Of a stretch of DNA of 64,000 bases, positions 28,541-38,798 are shown piece after piece. Source of the stretch: Polyangiales bacterium (GTDB taxonomy: Bacteria > Myxococcota_A > Polyangia > Polyangiales > Ga0077539). The DNA is taken from assembly GCA_044229975.1 (NCBI GenBank), contig JBGARZ010000002.1, positions 256,001 through 320,000 on the forward strand, read 5' to 3'. Under the pieces are notes generated by a model, which was given only the letters and a program-made list of their open reading frames with translations, was not told the DNA's origin and made no database searches. The translations under genes were made by a program, and so were the position numbers. Every line of letters starts with the position of its first letter. Positions within the stretch are counted from its first letter, which is position 1.

Positions 28541-29146
28541 GTGCGCATCGTCGTCCTCGTCTCCGGCGGCGGAACCAACCTCCAGTCGCTCCTCGACGCC
28601 TCCCGCGCTGGTTCGCTCGGCGCGGCTGAGATCGTCGGCGTCATCTCCAACCGCCCCGGCGCGGGCGGGCTCGATCGCGCTACCAGGGCTGGCGTGCCGA
28701 CGCGCGTGATCGACCACCGCAACTTCGCCGAGCGCTCCGCCTTCGACGCTGCGCTGCGGGCCGAGGTGCAGTCGTTTGGCGCCGAGCTCGTGGTGCTCGC
28801 GGGCTTCATGCGGGTGCTGACGGAGACCTTCCTCTCGGGTCTCGAAGACCGGGTCATCAACATCCACCCCTCCCTGCTCCCCGCCTTCCCGGGCGTGCGC
28901 GCCCAGTCGCAGGCGTTGCACCACGGGGCGAAGGTCGCGGGCTGCACGGTGCACTTCGTCGACGCGGGCCTCGACTCTGGCGCCATCATCGCGCAGGCCG
29001 CCGTCCCGGTGCTCGACGACGACACCGAGGAGAGCTTGCAGGCGCGCATCCTCACCGAAGAGCACCGGCTGCTCCCGGCGGTGGTGGCCGACCTCGCCGC
29101 GGGGCGCGTGCGGCGCGAGGGGCGGCGGGTCTTCCGGGCGACGTGA
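28541..29146 (+). CDS. purN: Phosphoribosylglycinamide formyltransferase
   Basis: SGGGTNLQ, LAGFMR, NIHPSLLP and GCTVHFVD. Confidence 0.97.
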   Translation: MRIVVLVSGGGTNLQSLLDASRAGSLGAAEIVGVISNRPGAGGLDRATRAGVPTRVIDHRNFAERSAFDAALRAEVQSFGAELVVLAGFMRVLTETFLSGLEDRVINIHPSLLPAFPGVRAQSQALHHGAKVAGCTVHFVDAGLDSGAIIAQAAVPVLDDDTEESLQARILTEEHRLLPAVVADLAAGRVRREGRRVFRAT

Positions 29147-30651
29147 CGCCGCCGCGAAGCTCCTACGACGTCGTCGTGATCGGCCTCTCGCTCGGGGCCC
29201 TCGCCACGGGTGCGCTGCTCGCTCGTCGCGGCTTTCGCGTGGTGGCGCTCGGCCACGGATCGCTACCGTTTCGCTACGAGCGCGCCGGCCACGCGCTCTA
29301 CCGCTCGCTCGGAACGCTCACCGCCCACGAGAGCCCCGCGTTCCGTCGGGTGTTCGCCGAGCTCGCGCTCCTGCCCGCGGTGCGCCGGCGTCTCACGGCG
29401 CTCGACCCGCCGTGGCAGGTGGTGCTGCCGCGACAGCGCGTCGACGTCCCCGCCAACGTCGACCGGCGCGTCGCCGAGGTGTTGCGGGAGTTTCCCGAGG
29501 TGCCGCGCGCGGTGGAGGAGTTCTACGCGCTGCTGAGCGAGGCCGACCCGGCCCTCGATGCGCTGCTCGGGGCCGACCTCTCGTGGCCGCCCGACGGCTT
29601 CTGGGAGCGACGGCGGGCGCGCGCGCTGGCGGATGCTGTTCCGCTGCGGCTCAACGCCGACGCGCTGGGTGCGTTTGCGAGTGACCATGGCTTTCGCACC
29701 TTCGTCGATGCCCAGTGTCGCTTCGCCGGCGCGAGCGACCCCGACGCCCTCGACACCCTGCGACGCGCCCGCGCCCATGGTGTCGCGCGCGCCGCCATGC
29801 TCGACGGCGACGAGCACGACGAGATCACCCGGATGCTCCTGGAGAAGATCCAGCAGCACGGCGGCGAGGTGCGAACACGCGACCACGTCGAGCGCATCGT
29901 GGTGCGCCGCGGGCGCGCCGTGGGCGTGGAGCTCTCCGGGGTCGACGAGGGTCTCGGTGCGTCGTGGATCGTCACCGGGCTCGACGCGGGCGCGGCCCAC
30001 CGCCTCACGCAGGAGCCCGCCTCGCGGGACTACACCCAGTCGCTGCTCTCGGCGCGGGCGCGGCACTACCGCTACCTCCTGAACGTGGTGGTGCGGCGCG
30101 AGGTCATCCCGACGGGCATGGCGCGTCGGCTCTTCGCGGTGATGGAGCTCGCGCGCCCGCTCACCGAGGAGAACCTCCTCGCCGTCGAAGTCGCACCGGG
30201 CGACGGGCCCGAGGCGACCCTCCGCGTGGGCGCGCTCCTCCCGCGCGCGCTCGTCGACGCGGGCGATGCGACGCTGCGGCGCGTGCGTCCGCGGGTGCTC
30301 GGCGCGCTGGGTCGGGTGATCCCCTTCCTCGATCGCAACACGCTCTGGGTCGAGTCACCGCACGACGGCCTCGCACCCGAAGACCCGACGGGCGCGCACG
30401 ACGGACGCGCCCCGGTGAAGGAGCCCATGGAGGCGCTGGAGGAGTTCACCTCGCCGGGCTTCCTCGGGCTCTGCGGTCACCCCATGCGCGGCGACGTCGA
30501 GCGGCTGCTGCTGCCGGGTCGACAGACGGTGCCCGCGCTCGGCACCGAAGGAGAGCTCATGGCCGCCCTCTCCGCCGCGCGGACCATCACGCGCAGCGAT
30601 CCGTCGAAGGAGCGTCTGCGCGTCGAGCTCTGGTCACGCGTCGAGTCGTGA
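29143..30651 (+). CDS. FAD-dependent oxidoreductase, phytoene-desaturase-like (degenerate)
   Basis: YDVVVIGLSLGAL..GALLARRG Rossmann start and GGEVR..VERI...GRAVGV. Confidence 0.7.
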   Translation: MTPPRSSYDVVVIGLSLGALATGALLARRGFRVVALGHGSLPFRYERAGHALYRSLGTLTAHESPAFRRVFAELALLPAVRRRLTALDPPWQVVLPRQRVDVPANVDRRVAEVLREFPEVPRAVEEFYALLSEADPALDALLGADLSWPPDGFWERRRARALADAVPLRLNADALGAFASDHGFRTFVDAQCRFAGASDPDALDTLRRARAHGVARAAMLDGDEHDEITRMLLEKIQQHGGEVRTRDHVERIVVRRGRAVGVELSGVDEGLGASWIVTGLDAGAAHRLTQEPASRDYTQSLLSARARHYRYLLNVVVRREVIPTGMARRLFAVMELARPLTEENLLAVEVAPGDGPEATLRVGALLPRALVDAGDATLRRVRPRVLGALGRVIPFLDRNTLWVESPHDGLAPEDPTGAHDGRAPVKEPMEALEEFTSPGFLGLCGHPMRGDVERLLLPGRQTVPALGTEGELMAALSAARTITRSDPSKERLRVELWSRVES

Positions 30652-30765
30652 CGAGTCGACGCGCAGGTGAAGGTGCGGCGACAGTCGGTTGACGGCTTCG
30701 GCAATTCCACATAGCGTCCGCGCGCCCTCGGCAGCCATGTGCCGAAAGCAACCACACATCTCCTC

Positions 30766-31392
30766 GTGCAGCTCCGAACCTTCATCCACCTCGACGTGCT
30801 TCAGCCCCAGCTCGCGGGCTTCTTCCAGACCGTTGCGTCGGGCTTCCAGCCCCTCGCGGGTCAGGCCGCACTGTTGGTGGAGATCGCTCCGGGCATCTCC
30901 ATCAACAGCCTCACCGACGCGGCGCTCAAGGCCACGCGGGTGTTGCCGGGGATGCAGATCGTCGAGCGCGCCTTCGGGATGGTGGAGGTGCACCATTTCG
31001 ATCAGGGCGACGTGCGCGCGGCAGGCGACGCGATGCTCGATCGCGCGGGGCTCAAGGTCGAAGACCGGATGACCGCGGAGATCATCTCGCGCGAGGTCAT
31101 CACGGGCATCGACGCGCACCAGGCGATGCTGGTCAACCGCATGCGCCACGGGCAGCTCCTGCTCGAAGGCGAGACCCTCTATGTGTTGGAAGTGGCCCCG
31201 GCGGGTTACGCCGCGCTCGCGGCCAACGAGGCCGAGAAGGCCGCCAACATCAACCTGTTGGAGGTCGTGACCTTCGGGCAGTTCGGGCGGCTCTATCTCG
31301 GTGGTCGCGAGGAAGAAGTCGCTCAGGCGGCGGCCGCTGCGGAGCGCGCGCTGCGGGCTGTGACCGGTCGCCCTCCCAAGGCGAAGGGTTGA
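30766..31392 (+). CDS. Bacterial microcompartment tandem-domain shell protein (BMC-T)
   Basis: LQPQLA, VEIAPG, D.ALKAT, VERAFG, LE..PAGYAALAANEAEKAA and FGRLYLGG. This pattern resembles CsoS1D/CcmP-type and Haliangium BMC-T proteins as I recall them. Confidence 0.9.
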   Translation: MQLRTFIHLDVLQPQLAGFFQTVASGFQPLAGQAALLVEIAPGISINSLTDAALKATRVLPGMQIVERAFGMVEVHHFDQGDVRAAGDAMLDRAGLKVEDRMTAEIISREVITGIDAHQAMLVNRMRHGQLLLEGETLYVLEVAPAGYAALAANEAEKAANINLLEVVTFGQFGRLYLGGREEEVAQAAAAAERALRAVTGRPPKAKG

Positions 31393-31525
31393 GCGGCATC
31401 AGTGGTCCGGGATTCCATCATCAACAACGGCACGTGAGTCGTGGCAGATACGACAGCGTGTTTCTTGGGCGGCGCCGCCCTCATGTCGGCGCGAACGTGA
31501 ATCAGTGCATCGACAGGAGGCTCCA

Positions 31526-32584
31526 GTGAAGCGGAACAGCGGTTGGCTTGTCATCATTCTTTCGACTATCGCGGCGTGCAGCGACCCGGCAGTCAACAAC
31601 CCGACGCCCGACGCGGGCAACCCCATCGACGTCCAGGTCCCGGCCGACATGGGCACCACCACCACGGACCAGCCGCGTGTCACCGACAACGGCGTCCGCG
31701 CCGACGTTCGCCCCGACTCGGGCACCGCGTCGCGCACCGCCGTCGTGGCGGGCCGCGCCTGCATGAGCGACGAGACCTGCACGAGCGAGACCGCCGACCT
31801 GGTCTGTACCGCCCTCCCCGGTGGCCGCATCTGCTCCGGCGCCGAGTTCTGCGAGCAGGGCAACGTCGCGGCGGAAGAGGCCGCCTGCGGCGGTCGCTTC
31901 TCGACCTGCCTCGTGGTCGGCAACTTCACCAACGGCACCCAGGCCAGCGCGTGCACCCGCGCCTGCGTCCCCGCCGCCAACACCGAGGCGCTCGGCCAGT
32001 GCCCGGCAGGGTCCATCTGCACCAACAACTGGCTGCAGCTCATGACCGGTCAGACCGAGGCGGCGGGCTGCCTGCCGTTCTGCACCGAGGACAGCCAGTG
32101 CGCGGGCCTCACCGCGGGTGACGCCTCGCTCATGCGCTGCAACGTCCGCACGGGTCGCTGCGCGAGCGCGCCGGTCAACATGGCACTCCTCCCCGACGGC
32201 TCGGCCTGCAACCCGATGCTCGCCCAGAGCAGCGGCGTCAACCCGTGCCGCGGCATCTGCTTCGCGGTCACCACGGGTCGGCCGACCGAGGGTCTCTGCG
32301 GGTCGTTCATCAACCTCCGCGCCGCTGCGGATGGCTGCCCCGATGGCGCTTCGTTCCAGCCGCGTGGTCCGGGAGACAACCTCTCGGTCTGCATCTTCAA
32401 GGACTGCGACAACAACACGCAGTGCGAGGGTGATCTGCGCTGCGTGTTCCCGGAAAACGCCATGGGCATCATCGCCGGTCAGCCCGCGAGCTGCGGCTAC
32501 CGCACGACGCTCCAGCCCAACGGCATCCCGCTCGCCGGTGCTGACGGTGGCGTCCCCTCGGACGCCGGCATCCCCACCGACTGA
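31526..32584 (+). CDS. Cysteine-rich myxobacterial lipoprotein
   Basis: AGGAGG RBS before GTG 31526, lipobox IAAC, many spaced Cys residues and DAG/DGG motifs at both ends. Confidence 0.75.
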   Translation: MKRNSGWLVIILSTIAACSDPAVNNPTPDAGNPIDVQVPADMGTTTTDQPRVTDNGVRADVRPDSGTASRTAVVAGRACMSDETCTSETADLVCTALPGGRICSGAEFCEQGNVAAEEAACGGRFSTCLVVGNFTNGTQASACTRACVPAANTEALGQCPAGSICTNNWLQLMTGQTEAAGCLPFCTEDSQCAGLTAGDASLMRCNVRTGRCASAPVNMALLPDGSACNPMLAQSSGVNPCRGICFAVTTGRPTEGLCGSFINLRAAADGCPDGASFQPRGPGDNLSVCIFKDCDNNTQCEGDLRCVFPENAMGIIAGQPASCGYRTTLQPNGIPLAGADGGVPSDAGIPTD

Positions 32585-32636
32585 TCGCTCCCACCTCCCT
32601 CTCTCTCCTCCCTTCAAGACCACTCACCCCCCGCCT

Positions 32637-32659
32637 GCGACCGTTCACCGAACGGTCGC
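32637..32659. terminator. Perfect 10-bp hairpin downstream of the Cys-rich lipoprotein gene
   Basis: GCGACCGTTC-ACC-GAACGGTCGC. There is no U-tract, so a terminator role is uncertain. Confidence 0.4.
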
Positions 32660-32718
32660 GGCGCAGGGTGATTCACGCCTTGACCTCCCGAGGTCTTTCC
32701 CACTACTCCCAGCGCGCG

Positions 32719-33468
32719 ATGAGCGAGCACGACAACGGCCACACGCCGGCCGAGCCCCGACCCCACCCGCGTCTCTCGGTGGTGATCCCGATCTACAACG
32801 AAGAGAAGATCCTTCACGCCGCGGTCACCGACCTGCGCGACCAGCTCACCGAGTTCGGGTGGCCCTTCGAGATCATCCTGGCCGAAAACGGCTCGCGCGA
32901 CGGCACCGTCCCCCTCGCCCGCGCGCTCTCCGAGAAGTACCCGGAGGTGGTGTCGTTCTCGCTGGGTGAGCCCAACTACGGCAAGGCCCTGCGCGAGGGC
33001 ATCTTCAAGGCCCGCGGCGAGTTCGTCATGTGCGACGAGATCGACCTCTGCCAGATGGACTTCTACCGCCGCTCGCTCGACGTGCTCACCCAGGACGAGG
33101 CCGACCTCGTCATCGGGTCGAAGGTGCTCGAAGGCGCCTCCGACGAGCGACCGATGGTGCGCCACGCGGCCACGCTCTTCTTCAACGGCCTCCTGCGCCT
33201 CACGCTCAACTTCAAGGGCACCGACACGCACGGGCTCAAGGCGTTTCGCCGCACGGCCATGCTCGACGTGGTGCGCGCCTGCCTCGTCGACAAGGACGTC
33301 TTCGCGAGCGAGCTCGTCATCCGCGCCGAGCGCGGCGGCGTTCGCATCAAGGAGATCCCGGTGCGCATCCTCGAGAAGCGCCCGCCCTCCATCAACCTCT
33401 TCAAGCGCGTGCCCAACGTCCTCAAAAACGTCGGCAAGCTCTTCGTCGCCATCCGCATCAAGGGCTGA
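32719..33468 (+). CDS. Family 2 glycosyltransferase (polyprenol-phosphate glycosyltransferase-like)
   Basis: LSVVIPIYNE, ENGSRDGT, GKALREG and TDTHGLKAFRR. Confidence 0.9.
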   Translation: MSEHDNGHTPAEPRPHPRLSVVIPIYNEEKILHAAVTDLRDQLTEFGWPFEIILAENGSRDGTVPLARALSEKYPEVVSFSLGEPNYGKALREGIFKARGEFVMCDEIDLCQMDFYRRSLDVLTQDEADLVIGSKVLEGASDERPMVRHAATLFFNGLLRLTLNFKGTDTHGLKAFRRTAMLDVVRACLVDKDVFASELVIRAERGGVRIKEIPVRILEKRPPSINLFKRVPNVLKNVGKLFVAIRIKG

Positions 33469-33472
33469 CACC

Positions 33473-33497
33473 GCGCTCCCCTCTCCCCGGGGAGCGC
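33473..33497. terminator. GC-rich hairpin between the convergent GT2 and rnj genes
   Basis: GCGCTCCCC-(7 nt)-GGGGAGCGC in a ~45-nt convergent gap. Confidence 0.5.
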
Positions 33498-33513
33498 CGT
33501 CGCCTTCAGCGCA

Positions 33514-35145
33514 TCAACGCTCTTCCACCGCGACCACCAGCGTCGGCCGCCCGGCCGTCTCCGGCAGCACCCGCCGCGCCGCTCGTCGCGCCGCCTCGCG
33601 CACGGTCTCCGCGCCCGGTCGCGGCTCCGACCCGGCGTGCTCTCGCACCGCGCGCTCCACCGCGTCGCGCAGCTTGTCGACCATCTCCGGCGACGTCACC
33701 ACACCGCGCGCGAGCACGCCCACCGACCCGTCGAGCCGCCACTGCGGCGTCACCGGAACCGTCACGAACAGCGCCCCCGACTCCGCCATCATCGCGCGCT
33801 CCTTGAGCACCTCGGTGGGCACCTCCTGCCCGGCGTCGATGTGCACGCGACCGACGCGCACCGACGCGCCCGTGCTCAGCCCGTTGGAGTCGACGAGCAC
33901 GGTCTGACCGTTCTCCACGAGCTCGACCTCGGAGACGCCCAACGTGCGCGCGAGCTTCGCGTGCTGCATCAGGTGGTGGAAGCTGCCGTGCACGGGAACG
34001 AAGCCGCGCGGCTGGATCCACTCGATCATGCGCGACTGCTCCTCGCGGCACGCGTGACCCGAGACGTGCACCGACGGATCGGTCGCCGGGACGTGCACGT
34101 CGATGCCCTTGCGCTCGAACTCGCAGACGAGGTCCCACACCGCGCGGTCGTTGCCGGGGATGGTGCGCGCCGACAGGATCACCGCGTCGCCCGCGTTGAG
34201 CTTCAGCCGCGGATGGTCGCCCCACGCGAGGCGCGAGAGCGCGCTCTGGGGCTCTGCCTGCGTGCCCGCCGCGATGACCAGCAGCTCCGAGCGCGGGACC
34301 TCCCTGGCGCGATCGGGCGACACCATGAGGTCGCCGGTGAACCCGAGGCGGCCGAGCTCCGTCGCGGCGCGCGAGTGCGTCTGCACGCTGCGGCCGATGA
34401 GGCAGATGCGGCGGCCGGTGGCGCGCGCGACCTCACCGAGGGTCTTCAGTCGGTAGATGTTGGACGGGAAGATGCCCACCACGACGCGGTGGCGCTTGGA
34501 GGCGATGAGCGTGCGGAGCGTCGCGGCGACGTCGGCCTCGCGCCCGGCGGTGCCCGGCACGTCGACGTTGGTGCTGTCGGAGAGCAGCAGCGAGACGCCC
34601 TGCTTGCCGAGCGCCTCGAAGCGCTCGCGGTCGTACCCCTCGCCATCGAGAGGACCATCTTCGAGCTTGAAGTCGCCCGTGTGGATGACCATTCCGCCGG
34701 GGGTCTCGATGGCCAGCGCGGTCGCGTCGGGGATGGAGTGCGTGACCCGCAGCGGCTCGACCCGGTAGCGGCCGACGGAGAAGCGCTGCCGCGGAGTGGT
34801 GGGGTTGAGCTCCATCTCGGGGACGTCGCGAAACTCCTTGAGGCGCTCGCGGATGAGGGCGAGCGCGTAGGGCGGAGCCCACACCGGGCACGGGACCTTG
34901 CGGAGCAGATACGGGAGCGCGCCGATGTGGTCTTCGTGGCCGTGGGTGATGACCACCCCGCGGAGGTCGTCGGCGCGCTCTTCGAGGTACTCGAACAGCG
35001 GGTGGATGACGTCGACGCCGTACTTCTCTCGCGGGAAGGTGATGCCGCAGTCGACCACCAGGATGCCGTCGGGCGACTCCAGGGCCATGCAGTTCATCCC
35101 GATCTCACCGAGACCCCCCAGCGGAACCACTCGCAGATAGCTCAC
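33514..35145 (-). CDS. rnj: Ribonuclease J
   Basis: PLGGLGEIGMN, THGHEDHIG, HTGDFK, SDSTN and HVSGH. Confidence 0.95.
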   Translation of the reverse strand: MSYLRVVPLGGLGEIGMNCMALESPDGILVVDCGITFPREKYGVDVIHPLFEYLEERADDLRGVVITHGHEDHIGALPYLLRKVPCPVWAPPYALALIRERLKEFRDVPEMELNPTTPRQRFSVGRYRVEPLRVTHSIPDATALAIETPGGMVIHTGDFKLEDGPLDGEGYDRERFEALGKQGVSLLLSDSTNVDVPGTAGREADVAATLRTLIASKRHRVVVGIFPSNIYRLKTLGEVARATGRRICLIGRSVQTHSRAATELGRLGFTGDLMVSPDRAREVPRSELLVIAAGTQAEPQSALSRLAWGDHPRLKLNAGDAVILSARTIPGNDRAVWDLVCEFERKGIDVHVPATDPSVHVSGHACREEQSRMIEWIQPRGFVPVHGSFHHLMQHAKLARTLGVSEVELVENGQTVLVDSNGLSTGASVRVGRVHIDAGQEVPTEVLKERAMMAESGALFVTVPVTPQWRLDGSVGVLARGVVTSPEMVDKLRDAVERAVREHAGSEPRPGAETVREAARRAARRVLPETAGRPTLVVAVEER

Positions 35146-35369
35146 ATATTCCCTTTAGGCTTCGCGGCGACGCCGTCACGGCCTCTTGAAGGTGCGCGCC
35201 CGGGGCGTAACCGCAGGCGCGGCGCAACCTACGTCCCGGCTCTCCGCACGGTCAAGCGTCGCCGCGCTCGCGTCGGCGATGACGCGCGTTGACGGTGCTC
35301 TCGCGCGCATGTTAGCCCCTGCCGCCGCCTCGTTCGGGTCGTCTCGGACGGATGGGGCACCGGAGGTCC

Positions 35370-37253
35370 ATGCGTCGCCCGTCGCCTGCCGCTCTCGCCG
35401 TGATCGTCGCCGCGTTCACCCCCGCCGCGCTCGCTCAAACCGCCTCGCAGACCCCCGCCCCCACCGCCACGCCGTCGGTCGACTCCGCGGGCATCAACAT
35501 GGCCGCCGCCACGGCGGAGGAGCGCACCGCCACGACCGGCGATCGCCCCACGCCGACGCCACCGCCGAGCAACCTGCTCGACCGCATCGGCAGCATGTTC
35601 GAGATCCACGGTTACCTCCGCGTGCGCCCCGAGTGGATGCACCAGTTCGACCTCGGGTGGGATGACATTGCGCTGCGCGATGTGCGGCGCGACATCTACG
35701 CGCAGTCGCAGCTCCCGTGGACCCGCAACCCAGACAACGGCGTCAGCCTCTGCCCCGGCAGCGGCCTCGGCCCGATGGGTGATCGCTGCACGGGCCGCAC
35801 GCAGACGATGGCCAACATGCGCTTCCGGATCAACCCGGAGATCCATGTCACGGACAACATCGCGATCTACTCGCAGATCGACATCTTCGAAAACCTCATC
35901 CTCGGCTCGACCCCGCAGGGCTTCTACACCCGCGGCCAGGCGTCGCCCTGGGCGCCCGTCGGCGCCTTCACGCAGACGCAGGTCGCGCCCACCGAGCAGA
36001 ACAGCCTCACGCCGTCCATCCTCGTGAGCCGCGCCTGGGCCGAGGTCACCAACCAGAACCTCGGACAGATTCGCTTCGGCCGCATGCCCGGCCAGTGGGG
36101 CCTCGGCATCCTCGCCAACGCCGGCAACGGCATCGACAGCGACTACCAGACCCACACCGACCGCATCATGTACGCGGCGCGCATCCGCCCGCTGCACCTC
36201 TTCCTCGCGGCCTTCTATGACTTCGCCTCGACGGGCCTGACGTCGCAGACCTTCCTGCGCGAGCCCGGCCAGGGCCAGCCCATCGACGTGTCGCAGCTCG
36301 ACGACGTGAACCAGTTCGGCCTCGCGCTCGGGCGCCGCGTCGATCCCGCCGAGGCGCGTCAGCGGCTCAACCGCGGACAGCTCGTCATCAACGGCGGTCT
36401 CTACGGCCTCTACCGCAACCAGCAGCTCTCCTCCGAGCTCGCGGGCGTCGGCGGCACCGGCAACGTCGACCAGCGCACCGTCGGCACCACCGATGCTGCG
36501 TCCGCCGGCCTCATCAACCGCAACGCCTGGGCCGTCATCAGCGACCTGTGGTTCCAGGTGTTGCACCGCAATTTCCGCTTCGAGATGGAGGCCGCGCTCA
36601 TCTACGGCGAGACCACCATCAACCGCACCGCCGCGCCCAACCAGCAGCGCTACGAGCTCGCGCAGTTCGGCGGAGCGATGGAGTTCGAATACCGCCTGCT
36701 CAACAACCGCCTCACCATCGACTTCCGCACCGGCTACGCCAGCGGCGACAGCGACGTCGAGGGGCTCAACTTCCAGAACAGCTTTACGCCCCCCATCCGC
36801 GGCACCACGAAGGCGTTCACGACCTTCCGCTTCCACCCCGACTACCGCGTCGACCTGATTCTCTGGCGGCAGATCATGCGGCAGATCTCGGGCGCCTACT
36901 ACTTCCGCCCGGCGGTGAGCTACGCCTTCGTCAACTCGCCCGGCGGCGATCGCCTCTTCGCCCGCGTCGCCGGCATCTGGTCGCGCGCCAGCGATCCCGT
37001 CCAGACCCGCGGCAACGCCGCCGACCTCGGCATCGAGCTCAACGCCGAGGTCACGTACCAGTCCAACTTCCGCGACACCACCCTCGGCGATCGCCCTGGC
37101 GCGGGCTTCTTCGCGTCGCTCCAGTACGGCGTGCTCTTCCCCATGGCGGGCCTCGGTCCGCGCGACGACGAGCGCAGCAGCTCGTCCTCCTACTCGGGCT
37201 TCAGCTTCAGCACCGCGCAGACACTCCGCGGTGTCGTCGGTGTGATGTACTGA
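35370..37253 (+). CDS. Myxobacterial outer-membrane beta-barrel protein (TIGR04551-like)
   Basis: GGAGG RBS, signal peptide ending ALA, HGYLRVR, ANMRFRINPE, GRMPGQWGLG, FRFHPDY and an aromatic C-terminal residue. Confidence 0.75.
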   Translation: MRRPSPAALAVIVAAFTPAALAQTASQTPAPTATPSVDSAGINMAAATAEERTATTGDRPTPTPPPSNLLDRIGSMFEIHGYLRVRPEWMHQFDLGWDDIALRDVRRDIYAQSQLPWTRNPDNGVSLCPGSGLGPMGDRCTGRTQTMANMRFRINPEIHVTDNIAIYSQIDIFENLILGSTPQGFYTRGQASPWAPVGAFTQTQVAPTEQNSLTPSILVSRAWAEVTNQNLGQIRFGRMPGQWGLGILANAGNGIDSDYQTHTDRIMYAARIRPLHLFLAAFYDFASTGLTSQTFLREPGQGQPIDVSQLDDVNQFGLALGRRVDPAEARQRLNRGQLVINGGLYGLYRNQQLSSELAGVGGTGNVDQRTVGTTDAASAGLINRNAWAVISDLWFQVLHRNFRFEMEAALIYGETTINRTAAPNQQRYELAQFGGAMEFEYRLLNNRLTIDFRTGYASGDSDVEGLNFQNSFTPPIRGTTKAFTTFRFHPDYRVDLILWRQIMRQISGAYYFRPAVSYAFVNSPGGDRLFARVAGIWSRASDPVQTRGNAADLGIELNAEVTYQSNFRDTTLGDRPGAGFFASLQYGVLFPMAGLGPRDDERSSSSSYSGFSFSTAQTLRGVVGVMY

Positions 37254-37314
37254 GAGACATTCCCTGTCACGGGAATGATTGCGCCGTGACGTCGCGGCGC
37301 GCTACGACCCGCCC

Positions 37315-38721
37315 GTGAAGGACACCGCCGTCTTCGTCTGTCAGTCCTGCGGCGCGTCGCAGCCCAAGTGGTCCGGTCGCTGCCCCGCCTGCGGCGTCTG
37401 GAACAACATGGTCGAAGAGCGCGCCCCCCGCGGCCGCGCAGCCCGCGCGCGCAACGCCATCGCGGTGTCGGCGGGGGGCGGCGCGGTCTCCCTCGACGAG
37501 GCGATGGACGCCGAGTGCCCCCGGGTCGAGACGGGCCTCCCGGAGTTTGACCGCGTCCTCGGCGGCGGTCTCGTGCATGGCTCGGTGGTGCTGCTCGGCG
37601 GCGAGCCCGGCGTGGGCAAGAGCACCCTGCTCCTCCAGGTGGTGGCCGCGCTCGTGGCGCGTACCCGCGGGGAGGACGTTCGCGGCGGCGTGCTGTACGT
37701 GAGCGGCGAGGAGTCGGCCTCGCAGGTGGCCTCGCGCGCACGGCGCCTCGGGGTGGCGGGTGACGCGGCGCTGAAGCTCCTGGCGACGGGCGAGCTCGAC
37801 GCCCTGGAGGCCGCGGTGGCGAAGATCGACCCGTCGGTCATCGCCGTCGACTCGGTGCAGACGATGCGCGCGACCGACCTGGAGAGCGCGGCGGGCAGCG
37901 TCTCGCAGCTCCGCGAGGTGACGGCGCGGCTGGTGACCATGGCCAAGCAGCAGGGCCGCACGGTGCTGCTCGTGGGGCACGTCACCAAGGACGGATCGCT
38001 CGCCGGCCCGAAGCTGCTGGAGCACCTCGTCGACGTGGTGCTCGCCTTCGAGGGACAGCGCTCGGGCGGGCCGCGCATTCTGCGAGGCATCAAGAACCGC
38101 TTCGGCGCGTCGGGCGAGCTGTGCGTGATGGAGATGACCCGCGACGGCCTGCGCGAGGTGGCCGACCCCTCGGCGCTGTTTCTGGCCGAGCGCCCGAAGG
38201 ACGTCCCAGGCTCCGTGGTGGTGTCGTCGGCCGACGGCGCGCGCCCGCTGCTGCTGGAGGTGCAGGCCCTGGTGACTCCGTCGGCGGCGCCCAACCCGCG
38301 GCGCATCGCGACGGGCGTGGATGGCACGCGGCTGTCGATCCTCGCGGCGGTGCTGGCCCAACGCGCGGGGCTGCCGCTGCGCGACCGGGACGTGTTCGTA
38401 TCGGTGGCGGGCGGCGCGTCCATCGAGGAGCCCTCGGTCGACCTCGCGGTGACCTGCGCCGTCGCGTCGAGCGTCGTGGAGATGGCGATGCCGTCTGACC
38501 TTGTTGTGTTTGGCGAGGTCGGCCTCGCGGGAGAGGTGCGGGCCGTCCCGCGGTGCACGCCGCGGTTGGAGGAGGCGCTCAAGCTCGGCTTCAAGCGGGC
38601 GCTCATCCCGAAGGCCAATCTCGATCGGGGGGAGGTTCCGCCCGGCATCACGGCGCACGGCGTCGCGCACGCCCGGGAGGTTGCCGCGTGGATCGAGCGC
38701 CGGGCCCGGTCGCGCGACTGA
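37315..38721 (+). CDS. radA: DNA repair protein RadA/Sms
   Basis: N-terminal C4 zinc finger, GEPGVGKSTL, KNRFG and a Lon-like C-terminus (FGEVGLAGEVR). Confidence 0.96.
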   Translation: MKDTAVFVCQSCGASQPKWSGRCPACGVWNNMVEERAPRGRAARARNAIAVSAGGGAVSLDEAMDAECPRVETGLPEFDRVLGGGLVHGSVVLLGGEPGVGKSTLLLQVVAALVARTRGEDVRGGVLYVSGEESASQVASRARRLGVAGDAALKLLATGELDALEAAVAKIDPSVIAVDSVQTMRATDLESAAGSVSQLREVTARLVTMAKQQGRTVLLVGHVTKDGSLAGPKLLEHLVDVVLAFEGQRSGGPRILRGIKNRFGASGELCVMEMTRDGLREVADPSALFLAERPKDVPGSVVVSSADGARPLLLEVQALVTPSAAPNPRRIATGVDGTRLSILAAVLAQRAGLPLRDRDVFVSVAGGASIEEPSVDLAVTCAVASSVVEMAMPSDLVVFGEVGLAGEVRAVPRCTPRLEEALKLGFKRALIPKANLDRGEVPPGITAHGVAHAREVAAWIERRARSRD

Positions 38722-38798
38722 TCGTTGGGCAGCGAACCACTCACTAAACGCGCGAGCAGCGTTTGCGGTGGGCGAGCGTTTACCGTTACTGGTAAGGG

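Noticed and set aside
37258..37277. CATTCCC-N6-GGGAATG palindrome before radA as an operator
   Set aside because: It is a single 7-bp inverted repeat with no second copy seen, and it could equally be a weak terminator of the upstream gene.
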